Shown piece by piece: positions 1-9,908 of a stretch of DNA of 64,000 bases (position 1 is the stretch's first letter; each line of letters begins with the position of its first letter). Where the stretch lies: positions 8,124 to 72,123 of the forward strand of contig JBDHKN010000035.1 of the NCBI GenBank assembly GCA_039586365.1, written 5' to 3'. The DNA is from Gemmatimonadota bacterium (GTDB lineage: Bacteria; Gemmatimonadota; Gemmatimonadetes; Gemmatimonadales; GWC2-71-9). The notes under the pieces were generated by a model. The model saw only the letters and a program-made list of their open reading frames with translations, was not told the DNA's origin and searched no databases. A program made the translations under genes and the position numbers.

Positions 1-363
1 GAGTAGCTGCAGCACGCCGCCCAGCACGATAGTGGCTGCGACAAGTAGCAGTATCACCTCGGCGGGGTCCACATCCAGCGCCGTGAGCGCAGGATCCTGC
101 ATGGCTCGGACGATCACCGACGTCACCAACACAGACATCGGGGCGGTGGCAATCGAAATCTGTGCCGGGGTGCCACCGAACAGACCCGCCAGAGCGCCAG
201 CTATGATGGTGGCGTAGAGACCAGCCAGTGCTCCCTGGGCCACATACTCAGGCCCGAGCGGCGCCAGGGCTGCGACACCGAATGCGATGGCCAGTGGCAG
301 GGCGACCACCGAGGTCGTGATGCCACCGAGGATGTCGTTGCGTATGTTGGAAAGCAGTTTCAC
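1..363 (-). CDS. SulP-family anion permease, N-terminal part (runs off the window)
   Basis: Manual translation from GTG at 363: MKLLSNIRNDILGGITTSVVALPLAIAFGVAA...GLYATIIAG...LFGGTPAQIS, the SulP N-terminal signature; not in the ORF track. Confidence 0.85.
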   Translation of the reverse strand, partial: MKLLSNIRNDILGGITTSVVALPLAIAFGVAALAPLGPEYVAQGALAGLYATIIAGALAGLFGGTPAQISIATAPMSVLVTSVIVRAMQDPALTALDVDPAEVILLLVAATIVLGGVLQLL

Positions 364-939
364 GTGAGAGCCTGAAATAGCCGTTTTGGAGGCCCGCGTC
401 AAATGACTCTGGACTGTCGGATCGAGTCACGGGTCCTAGACCTGCAACGCGGCTCGGAACCGGCCGATCGCAGCTGCACCGGCTCGCGTTAGCCTGTCGC
501 GGGACCGCATCAGCCTGTCGCGCCATCGCGCCGCGCCAGCGACATCAGTAGCAGTTGAACGTCACCGACCGCACAGCGATATGCCGCGGCCGGCGTTGGT
601 CACCCCGCAGCAAGCCGCCTGGCCAACAAGCGTTTCTGGCGCGCGGCAGCCCACAGGAGTCCACGGTTGCGCTGGAGCAGCTGAGTCTCTTTTTGTCGGG
701 CTCAGCCCTGCGGTCGGTCCGGGACTTCCGTGATGACTGCCGCGCGGCGACACTGCGGGCAAGTGACGTGCCATGCCACGGTAACCACCGTAGCCACCGA
801 ACATTTAACGCTGCCACACCGCGTGTGGAGACTCGCATGAGGTGCGGAGATGGTTTGGCTGGGCGTGTCGGCAGGACATCGCCCAAACACGAAGCCCACT
901 CAGTAACCAACCGCTCAGATCGGCTCCGCTGGCGGGACG

Positions 940-1317
940 CTACCGCCGCATGATGACTTCGATCGCACCTCCGGTATACCCGGTGCCCCACCGTGTGGTC
1001 GCATCGGACGGACTGATGTAGCGCAGTTGCTGGACGTTCTGAGTGCTGATCGAACGCAGCATCTCCAGATCGCCGGCCCGCACGTTGTCGATGACCACCA
1101 CGGGCGCGGTCGTGCCAGAGCGGGTCCGGAACCATGTGGATCTGAGCCGTTGGATCGCGTCGTACACATCACCCAACCCACCCAGGCTCGCCAATTCCTC
1201 CGCCGTGATGACGTTGCGGTTACCCACAGACCGGCCACTCGTCTGACCACCTGAGGCGCATGCCATGGCCAAGACGGCCGCCGCCGGGACAATTACGCGA
1301 AGCCTGTTCATACTCAT
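940..1317 (-). CDS. Small lipoprotein resembling a stand-alone TonB-dependent receptor plug domain
   Basis: GGGAGG RBS before ATG 1317; lipobox AMAC; VITAEEL...VYDAIQRLR, PVVVIDN, YISPSDATTRWG...GGAIEV. Confidence 0.7.
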   Translation of the reverse strand: MSMNRLRVIVPAAAVLAMACASGGQTSGRSVGNRNVITAEELASLGGLGDVYDAIQRLRSTWFRTRSGTTAPVVVIDNVRAGDLEMLRSISTQNVQQLRYISPSDATTRWGTGYTGGAIEVIMRR

Positions 1318-1519
1318 CCTCCCATGGGTATCGGCATCAGTCTGTCCGTGAAGCAGAGCCATTAAGATGCGGTGATGGCCCCGGGTACGCGAGAGGGCTA
1401 CGAGGCACGGGCTGGCCTGGCTGCCATCGCAGGTCTGGTCGCGCCCTCCCCAACGACCTATCTTCGCGCACCACCCAAGGTCGGGCCGGTCCTGAGGATT
1501 CCCTGCGACGGAGGTTTAC

Positions 1520-2974
1520 ATGCGTCACGTATGGTCATTCACGTCATTGGCGTGCGGCATGGCGCTGGTCTCGACAGCGTCTGCTGCCGGCCAGACCACT
1601 GACACGGAACGCCAGGCAGCGGGAGACGTTCTGCGCCAGATAGAGGCACTGCAGCAACGGCTCCAGCCCACACAATTGGCGCGCAGTCTGGCTGCTGGGA
1701 AGCATGCCGGGTTGGACGGTGTGTTCGAGCGCATCGACGAATTATGGGCGTCCGAAATGCAGGATCTGAGCGACCACATAGGGCACAATCCTGAGGTGGG
1801 CTTTGAGGAATTCCACACCGTCGACACCCTGACCGCGGTGCTCAGATCGCACGGTTTCGCGGTGGAGACCGGGATGGCCGACCTCGCCACGGCCTTTGTT
1901 GGCGCCTGGACCTCTCCAGCCGGACCCAACGGACCCGCCCTCGGCGTCATAGTCGAGTACGACGCTTTGCGCTCCACTCAGGGGCCATTCCACGGCTGCC
2001 AGCACAATGCACAGAGCCCCGTGGGATTCGCGGCCGCCGTGGCGGTAGCACAGCACATGGAGCGTAACCAGATCCAGGGCAGCGTTATCGTGTACGGCAC
2101 GCCGGCAGAGGAGATGGGGCCTCCCGCCAAGGAGATCATGTGGCGGGCCGGGGTCTTCCGAGGCGCCGACATCCTGGTACGAAGTCACGGTGCCAGTGAG
2201 ACGGCCCGGGGGAAAGCCGGCTTCGGTATCTGCTGCCTCAACATCAACATGGTCAAGTACACGTTCACCGGCCGCCCATCGCACCAGCGCGCCTCTTGGT
2301 TCGGGCGCAACGCCCTGACCGCGGCGGTGAGGTTCTACGACGCCGTCGACGGCCTCAGGCCGACCTTCCGGCCCGAAGCATCGATCCAAGGCGTGATTCC
2401 TGAGGGAGGAATCGCCCCCAACGTGGTACCGGACCGCACCGTAGTCGACTACTACATCCGCTACCCCGACGAGGTGTATCTCGAGCACATGACCGCAATG
2501 ATGGCCGACGCCGCCCGGGGGGCCGCACTAGCAACCGGGACGCAGGTCGAGATAGAGACGTACGGCCGCCTGCGCGATGGCATCACCACCGGAAGCCTCG
2601 AGGAGTTGGTCTACGCGTACGCCGAGGTCTTGCAGGCACCACAGCTCAGGCCGGAACCACAGCGACCCGCGGGTTACGAGGAGACGGGCTTCGTGTCGCG
2701 CGACGTCCCGGGCGTTGGTGTCAGCGTCTTCAGCTCACCCGCTGCGGGCCACTCCTATGAGCGATTCGAGGACTCACTGAGACCGGTGGGTCATCAAGGT
2801 TTCCTCCTCGACGCCAAGATCATGGCCGCGGTGCTGTATCACTTCCTCACCGACGAGCGGTTCCGGAACACGGTGCAAGAAGAACACTCCATCCTGTCCG
2901 GGCTGCTGGACGAGTACCTTAGCGGGCTCAGGACGGCCTACGGGGCCGAGGTGGGAGCCGCGAGGCAACCATGA
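1520..2974 (+). CDS. Secreted M20-family amidohydrolase (AbgB/ACY1L2-like)
   Basis: Signal peptide; HNPEVGFEE, EYDAL, HGCQHN, GTPAEE, GRNAL, GGIAPNVVP motifs. Confidence 0.85.
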   Translation: MRHVWSFTSLACGMALVSTASAAGQTTDTERQAAGDVLRQIEALQQRLQPTQLARSLAAGKHAGLDGVFERIDELWASEMQDLSDHIGHNPEVGFEEFHTVDTLTAVLRSHGFAVETGMADLATAFVGAWTSPAGPNGPALGVIVEYDALRSTQGPFHGCQHNAQSPVGFAAAVAVAQHMERNQIQGSVIVYGTPAEEMGPPAKEIMWRAGVFRGADILVRSHGASETARGKAGFGICCLNINMVKYTFTGRPSHQRASWFGRNALTAAVRFYDAVDGLRPTFRPEASIQGVIPEGGIAPNVVPDRTVVDYYIRYPDEVYLEHMTAMMADAARGAALATGTQVEIETYGRLRDGITTGSLEELVYAYAEVLQAPQLRPEPQRPAGYEETGFVSRDVPGVGVSVFSSPAAGHSYERFEDSLRPVGHQGFLLDAKIMAAVLYHFLTDERFRNTVQEEHSILSGLLDEYLSGLRTAYGAEVGAARQP

Positions 2975-3206
2975 CTGGAGATCCTGCCTCACGCCGACGG
3001 CCGGCTCGTGGTCCAGGCTGACAGAACCGCCGGTCGCAGAGGCTTGCAGGCCGAATGCAGCTGCTTCTCAAACCGGGAAACCTATCCAGCGCGTGTCGCC
3101 TAGAGGAGAAGCGCAGGGGACCCAGTCACAGCCCCCAACTCGCCTGATCAGCGACTGAGACCACCAGCAGACCAGCTCGGCGCTTAGCTGGACAACCATA
3201 GGCTGG

Positions 3207-3256
3207 GGTGATTCTGGCTGCAGCACGTCCCGGTGATTCTGGCTGCAGCACGTCCC
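3207..3256. repeat. Exact 25-bp tandem duplication
   Basis: GGTGATTCTGGCTGCAGCACGTCCC x2 in the intergenic region upstream of the ClC gene. Confidence 0.9.
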
Positions 3257-3394
3257 GCACGTCGGCTTGCGAAAAAGGCCCGCAGGCACCTGCACCGCGT
3301 TCTAGACGGTATCGGGTGGTGAGACAAGGGGACTGCTCCTGTTGCGCGGGGTTGGGATGCGCGCCCGCGAGGCCTATCTTCCGGCCACCACATA

Positions 3395-5185
3395 ATGGCC
3401 GATCTCTCTCGCATCGTCGCCTGGCGCCGCCGTGTCGAGGCACGCATTACTGAGCGCGCCCAAGCACTGATCTCAAGGCTGTCACGCCTGGGATTGGACG
3501 AGAATGCACTGCTGCTGGGATTCGCAGTGACCATAGGCGGTGCAGTCGGGGTCGCGGTAATAGCCTTCTACAAGCTCATCGACCTGTTCCAGAGTGTCGC
3601 TCTCTCGGCTGCGGGTCGGCTTACGGGGTTGGGTAGTCTGTCGATCCTGCTCGTCGTGGTGGTTGGGATCGCCCTCACCCGCTTATTGATCAAGTACGGT
3701 ACGGGCGATTCGGACGGCGAGAACATCCCCGATGTAATGCGAGCGGTGGCTAAGAGGGGCGGGGTCGTTCACAGCGTGCCCGTGGCCGTCAAGACCGCGG
3801 GAGCCGCCCTCGTCATGGGCCTCGGTGGATCGGTGGGGGCCGAAGGACCGGTGGCGGTCGCCGGATCGGCGCTGGGTTCGAGGATCGGCCGCTCGTTTCG
3901 GTCTGGGCCGGCACGTCTCAAGCTTCTCGTCGGTTGCGGTGCGGCCGCCGGCATCTCCGCGGCGTTCAATGCACCCATCGCGGGCGTTTTCTTCTCATTG
4001 GAGAAAGTGGTTGGCAGTTTCGGGGTCACGTCCTTCCCCCCGGTGCTCGTCGCCAGCGTCATCTCGGCGGCAATCTCCCGGGCCGCCTTCGGTGACACCC
4101 CCGTAATAGAGATCCCAACGGAATACGGCGTGGGCTCTGCCAGTGAACTCGTGCTATATGCGCTGCTAGGCGTTGTAACAGGCGTCGTCTCCGTCTTCTA
4201 CACCAGAGGACTACATGGGATGGGAGATCTATTAGGCCGCCTGCGGAACGTCTGGCAACGGATCTTGGTGGGGGCGCTCGTAGTCGGTGTACTCGATATC
4301 CTGTTCCGCGCCGATCTGTGGGGTCGCGGCCACGAGAGCTTCACCATCGAGATGATCGGAGATCGCGCCGGTCTCTTCCTCATCGCACTCGCCTTCGCGA
4401 AGCTGGTTGCCACGGCTGCTACGATTAGTGTCGCCAGGGCGGGAGGGGTGTTCACGCCCGCGATGTTCATTGGCGCCACACTAGGGGGTGGCCTCGCCGT
4501 GCTCGGAGCCAGGGTCCTACCGGGGTTCACGATCGTTCCGGAGGCGTTTGCGTTGGTTGGAATGACGGGCCTGGTTGCGGGTTCGACGCATGCACCGCTC
4601 ACAGCCATCATGATCGTGTTCGAGATGACCAGCGATTACGCTCTGATCCTGCCGCTCATGTTGTGCGGTGCGATCGCGTACATCACTGCACGGCGGATCT
4701 ATCCCGAGTCGATCTATTCGGAATGGTTGGTGCGCCGCGGAGAGAATATCCACGCCGGGCGCGACACGGCGGTGCTCGAGCGGCTCAAGGTACAGGATTC
4801 GTACAACAACGATCCCCACGTAGTAAGCGAGAACGCCTCGGTACCCCAGATCATTGCCGCTATCAGTGCCAGCACGCAGATCGAATTCCCGGTGCTGGAT
4901 GGCAACCTGGGACTAGTTGGAATGATCACCTACGGCGATCTCCGCACCGTGCTCGCCGACGCCGATAAGCTGGCGCCGGTACTCCTGGCCGGCGACCTCG
5001 CGAACCAGGAGTTCGAGTGGGTGACGCCGGAAGATTCGCTCCGCACGGCTCTCAGGAAGCTGGCGATCCGCGGCCGGCACCACATTCCGGTACTCGATAG
5101 CAAAGACCCCGATAGGCTCTTGGGCCTGATCAGCCGGCAAGAGATCCTGTCGGCGTACGACAGGGAGTTCTTGAGGGAAGGTTAG
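3395..5185 (+). CDS. ClC-family chloride channel/transporter with two C-terminal CBS domains
   Basis: GGSVGAEGP, AAFNAPIAG, GGVFTP, HAPLTAI, SIY motifs; CBS pair at the C-terminus. Confidence 0.93.
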   Translation: MADLSRIVAWRRRVEARITERAQALISRLSRLGLDENALLLGFAVTIGGAVGVAVIAFYKLIDLFQSVALSAAGRLTGLGSLSILLVVVVGIALTRLLIKYGTGDSDGENIPDVMRAVAKRGGVVHSVPVAVKTAGAALVMGLGGSVGAEGPVAVAGSALGSRIGRSFRSGPARLKLLVGCGAAAGISAAFNAPIAGVFFSLEKVVGSFGVTSFPPVLVASVISAAISRAAFGDTPVIEIPTEYGVGSASELVLYALLGVVTGVVSVFYTRGLHGMGDLLGRLRNVWQRILVGALVVGVLDILFRADLWGRGHESFTIEMIGDRAGLFLIALAFAKLVATAATISVARAGGVFTPAMFIGATLGGGLAVLGARVLPGFTIVPEAFALVGMTGLVAGSTHAPLTAIMIVFEMTSDYALILPLMLCGAIAYITARRIYPESIYSEWLVRRGENIHAGRDTAVLERLKVQDSYNNDPHVVSENASVPQIIAAISASTQIEFPVLDGNLGLVGMITYGDLRTVLADADKLAPVLLAGDLANQEFEWVTPEDSLRTALRKLAIRGRHHIPVLDSKDPDRLLGLISRQEILSAYDREFLREG

Positions 5186-5294
5186 GCTAGACCTCAGTGT
5201 CCCGACGGTACCACCCGCCCGTCCACCCGATTTGACAACCAGGTTGAGAAACAGTAACGTCTTGACCCTCAAACTCTTAGGTGCGGAGTACAAC

Positions 5295-6701
5295 ATGTCA
5301 CGATATGCTACTGTCTTCGCGGTGGGAGCCCTCGCGGTCGCATTTGCGGGGCACTTGACGGCACAGGGCTTTTCTGTAAACGAGCACGGCACCTGTGTCA
5401 TGGCCCGCGGCGGCACCGGGGTGGCGTCACCGTGCTCTGATGGTTCGACCATCCTGTTCAATCCGTCTGGGATCGCCGGCGTGACCGGCTTCTCGGTCGC
5501 TGTCGGTACGACCCCGATCTTGGCGCTGGGATCTTTCATCGACGATCAGCTGGAGAACGAAGCTGAGCTGCAGAACGAAGTGGTGTTCGTGCCGCATGGC
5601 TACATCACCTACGGTGTGAACAGCCAGTTGGCCGTGGGATTCGGCTTCTTCGTCCCCTTCGGGCTGGGGACGGAATGGGAAGACACGTTTGAAGGTCGGT
5701 TCAACGGGTACAACAACGACCTACAGTCCATCTACCTCCAGCCCACTGTGGCTTTCCAGCCGCATCCCAAGGTGAAGATCGGAGCGGGACTGGACTTCGT
5801 GTTGGGTAAGGTGAAACTGACTCAGCGTGCTGACCTGTCAGAGTTCCAGGCCATACCTGGAGTCACCTTCGGGCAACTCGGGATTCCATTTCACACCGAC
5901 TTCGCCGACGCCAAGCTCGAAGCGGTCAATGCCACGGGTGTGGGAGGCAACTTCGGCATCACCATCGAGCCGGCTGACTGGATCAGCTTCGGGGCCCGGT
6001 ACATGATGCGGGTGAAGTTGGACTACGACGCCGACGTGGAGTTCCAATCGATCCCGACAGGAATTATTCTGCCGCCAGGCAACCCGCTGTCGCTGTCATT
6101 GGGACTGGACCCGACGAGTCCCCTTCCCCTTGACACCGTGTTAGCAGCTGCCGACCTGTTTGCCGCCGGAGGGCCACTGGGCAACCAGACGGCTGCCACG
6201 AGCATAACGATGCCGGATCAGCTGGTCGCCGGCGTGGCGCTGCAGATCTCGCCGACCGCGAAGTTTCTGTTCGACTGGCAGTACATCAACTGGACGGTGT
6301 TCGACACGTTGGTCGTCGATTTCGAGAATCCGGCTACGCTGGACCGCACTCTGGCGGAGAACTATAAAGGCACACACGGGTTCCGGTTCGGTCTCGATCT
6401 GGCCGCGACCGACTACCTCGCAGTGCGGCTCGGCTATCTCAACCACAAGGGGGCGGCCCCACCAGAGAACGTCACACCGCTGCTACCTGAGGGCGACAGA
6501 AACGAATTCACGATTGGGTTCGGCTACAGTTTTGCCAACCGAGCCAGTCTCGATCTGGCCTACCAGTACCTCAAACAAAACGACCGACGCGGTCGGGTCC
6601 GTGAGCCGGTGGCGGGTGAGGCACCGTCTACTGAGCTGAATAGCGGGATCTACAAGTTCTACGGCCACCTGTTTGGGGCCACCTTAGCGGTGCACTTCTA
6701 A
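5295..6701 (+). CDS. FadL/OmpP1-family outer-membrane lipid transporter
   Basis: Signal peptide followed by QGFSVNEHG, FNPSG, PFGLGTEW; beta-barrel pattern; C-terminal Phe. Confidence 0.9.
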   Translation: MSRYATVFAVGALAVAFAGHLTAQGFSVNEHGTCVMARGGTGVASPCSDGSTILFNPSGIAGVTGFSVAVGTTPILALGSFIDDQLENEAELQNEVVFVPHGYITYGVNSQLAVGFGFFVPFGLGTEWEDTFEGRFNGYNNDLQSIYLQPTVAFQPHPKVKIGAGLDFVLGKVKLTQRADLSEFQAIPGVTFGQLGIPFHTDFADAKLEAVNATGVGGNFGITIEPADWISFGARYMMRVKLDYDADVEFQSIPTGIILPPGNPLSLSLGLDPTSPLPLDTVLAAADLFAAGGPLGNQTAATSITMPDQLVAGVALQISPTAKFLFDWQYINWTVFDTLVVDFENPATLDRTLAENYKGTHGFRFGLDLAATDYLAVRLGYLNHKGAAPPENVTPLLPEGDRNEFTIGFGYSFANRASLDLAYQYLKQNDRRGRVREPVAGEAPSTELNSGIYKFYGHLFGATLAVHF

Positions 6702-6736
6702 TGTCAACGCGCACACGAGTGGTAGAGGATTACACA

Positions 6737-8023
6737 ATGACTCGCCGCAACAGATTGAATCGCATTGTCGGGGGAGTAGCTCTCGGCACCCTCCTGCTCC
6801 TGAGTGCCTGCGACAAGGACACGCTCACGCCGCCAACGGCGTCGAACGTTCCGGTCGAACTGCAGGACGTCTTCATGCGCTATGTGGCGATCGGGACCAG
6901 CATCACGGCCGGAATGCAGGGCTTCGGAATAAACGACGCTACGCAGCTCCAGGCCTATCCCGTGCTCCTGGCACGGCAACTCGGCTTGGATGTTCCGACC
7001 CTGACCAATCCGGTAACCAAGGAGTTCAACGTCCCCCTGATGCACGGCCCGGGATGTCCGCCGCCAATAGTCAACATCTTCACCCAGGAACGTATTGGCG
7101 GTGCTGACCAGACCACATGTCTATTCCGCACCGAGCCGATCCCGGAGTTCATCAACAACGTCGCGTTCCCCGGGGCGGACGTGGTTGAGACATTCGATTA
7201 CTACGACCCGGCAATTGTCGGGAGCGTTACGGACGTGTTCAAGACCTTCTTGCTAGGTGGTAGCACTCAGCTAGAAATCGCCACTGAATTGGAGCCCACG
7301 TTCGTGACAGTCTGGATCGGAAGCGGGGACGCCCTGAACGCGATCCAGGATCAGACCGATCCGGGCAACGCGAACCTCTACCCGGACCCCGCCCAGTTCG
7401 CCGCCTGGTACGGCGAGTTGATGGATGGCCTCGCAGCCATCGGCAGCATCGAGGGCGGTGTGTTGCTAGGAGCCGTCCAGGTGACTGGAGCTCCGTACGT
7501 GTCCGTGGGAGGAGCATACTTCCAAGCCGCACAGCAGATTCCGACCCTCACTGTGGACGCGAACTGCCTCGCAACGGCACCGATTCCGGGATCTGCCGGG
7601 ACAGCGTCCGTGCTGGTTCCGTTCCACTACGGCGCGGTCTTGATGGGTCAGGCCGCGGCGGGAGTCCCGACCACGCTGGACTGTTCGGTACCACAGGTGA
7701 TTACGGCCGACGAAGCTGCCGCGCTGATCGTGACTGTGGCACAGTACAACGCGGCCATCGAGCAGGCAGCCGACGACCTGGGGTGGATCTATCTCGACCC
7801 CAACGAGTTGCTGCTACAGTTGGCCCAAGATCCGACAGCCATTCGGCCGTTCCCCGCCTTCAGCGATCAAGATCCGCAACACCTCACGGCACCGTTTGGC
7901 TGGGCCTTGAGCACGGACGGTCTCCACCCCAGCGCAAGCGCACACGTGCTGGTAGCGAACGCATTGATCGAGGCGATCAACACCGAATACGCGACGTCGA
8001 TCGATCCAATCGCCACGCAGTAA
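6737..8023 (+). CDS. SGNH/GDSL-family hydrolase lipoprotein
   Basis: Lipobox LSAC; YVAIGTSITAG, NNVAFPGA, WIGSGD, DGLHP blocks; directly follows the FadL gene. Confidence 0.85.
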   Translation: MTRRNRLNRIVGGVALGTLLLLSACDKDTLTPPTASNVPVELQDVFMRYVAIGTSITAGMQGFGINDATQLQAYPVLLARQLGLDVPTLTNPVTKEFNVPLMHGPGCPPPIVNIFTQERIGGADQTTCLFRTEPIPEFINNVAFPGADVVETFDYYDPAIVGSVTDVFKTFLLGGSTQLEIATELEPTFVTVWIGSGDALNAIQDQTDPGNANLYPDPAQFAAWYGELMDGLAAIGSIEGGVLLGAVQVTGAPYVSVGGAYFQAAQQIPTLTVDANCLATAPIPGSAGTASVLVPFHYGAVLMGQAAAGVPTTLDCSVPQVITADEAAALIVTVAQYNAAIEQAADDLGWIYLDPNELLLQLAQDPTAIRPFPAFSDQDPQHLTAPFGWALSTDGLHPSASAHVLVANALIEAINTEYATSIDPIATQ

Positions 8024-8046
8024 CGGGTCTGATCTCCCTATGTGGG

Positions 8047-8084
8047 ACCGGGGGGCCGATTTGGTCGGCCCCCCGGTTGTGTTT
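8047..8084 (+). terminator. Intrinsic terminator
   Basis: 13-bp stem ACCGGGGGGCCGA/TCGGCCCCCCGGT with a T-rich tail after the SGNH gene. Confidence 0.75.
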
Positions 8085-8098
8085 AGATTGACGCGATT

Positions 8099-9802
8099 AT
8101 GTTTGCCCTGCTCCGCGACATAGCACTGCGGTCGGGTGGTCGCTCGGTCCGACAACTAAAAGGGTTCGGCGGCGTCACGGCGAGACGAGTCGTGCCGTTG
8201 TTTCGAACCGCGACCATCCTCGTGAGCGTAACGGCCTCATCGGCCACTGTAGCCTCTGCCCAGTACCCAGATACCTACGTTCTTGGCAAAGGCGTCCTGC
8301 GGGTGAGTTTCGAGCCCTGGTACATGAATGCCAAGGAGAGGTTCGACGCCGGAGGAACAATCGAACCGTTGGGGACGGATCTGACCCGCGATTCGGCGGG
8401 TGTCAACTTCTTTCCGTCCCTGGAGCCGGCCGAGCGAGCCGTCCAATCGATCATCGGGGACGAGACGTTCCGGATCAACGCCGGGGTCTTCCAGACCAAA
8501 CAAGAAGCAGATGTGCGTCGCTTCCCGTTCAACTTCCAGCTGGGACTGAGCAACAGACTGACCCTGTCGGCTTCCATACCGGTTGTGACAACACGCTCGC
8601 AGGTGTCGTTCACCGTGGACGACGGCAGCTCCAGTGTCGGCTTGAACCAGGTGATGGACGGCACGGCACTACAGGCTGCGGTTGCCCTGTTGGGCGAGCT
8701 GGAAGCCTCCGCAAGCTCTCTCGAGTCTATGATCGCAGGCAACGCGTTCGACTGTCCCAGCGGCCCGCAGTGCAATAGCGCTCGTGACTTGGTAACCAGA
8801 GCCCGCGCACTGAGAGCGGATCTCATGCTGCTGACCGGAGTGCTGGGAGACGGCAGCCTCTCGCCACACCTGCCCCCGTTCGCACCGCTCGGCTCGTCAG
8901 CCTCGGGCCAGGCGATACTGGCTGCCATCCAGAGCATCTCGACCGAGCTGCAGTCGTTCGGTGCTCCGAGTTTGACGAGCACCCTGCCGCTCCCTGAGGC
9001 GGTGGTAGGTGCCGAGGACGTCAACGCTGTACTCACCGAGTCGCTGTATGGCTACGAAGCGGCCTGGCCGCTCGACTTCATCAAACGCAAGGAGAAACTG
9101 GGCGATCTCGAGGTGGGACTGCGTTGGGGGCTGGCACAGGGCAGCTCGTTCAGAGCCGTGGTGTCGACGACGGTGAGGTTGCCGACGGGTGTGCGGGACC
9201 AGCCGGACAACTTCGTCGACATCGGCACCGGAGACAAACAGACTGACGTCCAGCTTGGTCTGGAGGCCGCCTTCGAGCCCGGAAGCGTGGCGAGCCTCGC
9301 AGTATCCGGCTACTACAATTTACAGCTGCCTGACAAGCTACCGCGCCGCTTGGCCCCACACACCCGGCCGATCCAGCTCGCTGTCTACCAGCTGGGTGTT
9401 TCGCGCAATCTCGGGGATGCGTGGCGAGTAGGCGCCTTCCCGGCGGTCCGCCTGGCCCAGGGATTCACAGCCTACGGATCGATCGACTACTTCCGCAAGG
9501 GCGGCGACAAGTACAGTCTGCTGGACCCGTATCCCGGGGACGGTGAGGGTCCGACCGTGCAGGATCTGGAGTTCGAGACGGGCGCGGAGCTGCTCAGTGT
9601 TGGAGGCGGCATCCACTACCGCTCGACCGGCAGGTCAGGCACGAGTCTCCCGGTCGAGGCGGGAATACGCTACCACGCTGCGTTCAGCGGTTCCGGAGGC
9701 CAAGTGCTGAAGACCAGGGGCATCAGCTTCTATTTGCGGCTGCATTTCTGGCTGTTCGGCAAACCGGCAGCACCGGAAGCCGAGGCAGCACCGCCTCCCT
9801 AG
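8099..9802 (+). CDS. Hypothetical exported/outer-membrane beta-barrel protein (start uncertain)
   Basis: 567-aa ORF, signal-like ASA-Q, KLGDLEVG and RLPTG...DIGTGD motifs typical of MetA-pathway-like barrels. Confidence 0.65.
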   Translation: MFALLRDIALRSGGRSVRQLKGFGGVTARRVVPLFRTATILVSVTASSATVASAQYPDTYVLGKGVLRVSFEPWYMNAKERFDAGGTIEPLGTDLTRDSAGVNFFPSLEPAERAVQSIIGDETFRINAGVFQTKQEADVRRFPFNFQLGLSNRLTLSASIPVVTTRSQVSFTVDDGSSSVGLNQVMDGTALQAAVALLGELEASASSLESMIAGNAFDCPSGPQCNSARDLVTRARALRADLMLLTGVLGDGSLSPHLPPFAPLGSSASGQAILAAIQSISTELQSFGAPSLTSTLPLPEAVVGAEDVNAVLTESLYGYEAAWPLDFIKRKEKLGDLEVGLRWGLAQGSSFRAVVSTTVRLPTGVRDQPDNFVDIGTGDKQTDVQLGLEAAFEPGSVASLAVSGYYNLQLPDKLPRRLAPHTRPIQLAVYQLGVSRNLGDAWRVGAFPAVRLAQGFTAYGSIDYFRKGGDKYSLLDPYPGDGEGPTVQDLEFETGAELLSVGGGIHYRSTGRSGTSLPVEAGIRYHAAFSGSGGQVLKTRGISFYLRLHFWLFGKPAAPEAEAAPPP

Positions 9803-9908
9803 GCACCGGCAACACACAGCCCACCGCCGACCCAGCACGCCAACCCTCAGCTCGTTGCTAACCCCGGTCGGCATCCCGGGGACCGCCCGGAGGACCACCG
9901 GTTGGCGG

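Noticed and set aside
364..939. Overlapping ORFs or an ncRNA between sulP and the plug lipoprotein
   Set aside because: Arg/Pro-rich shadow translations; no recognisable RNA motif
2975..3394. Fluoride riboswitch upstream of the ClC gene
   Set aside because: No crcB-motif consensus seen, and the protein lacks ClC-F signatures
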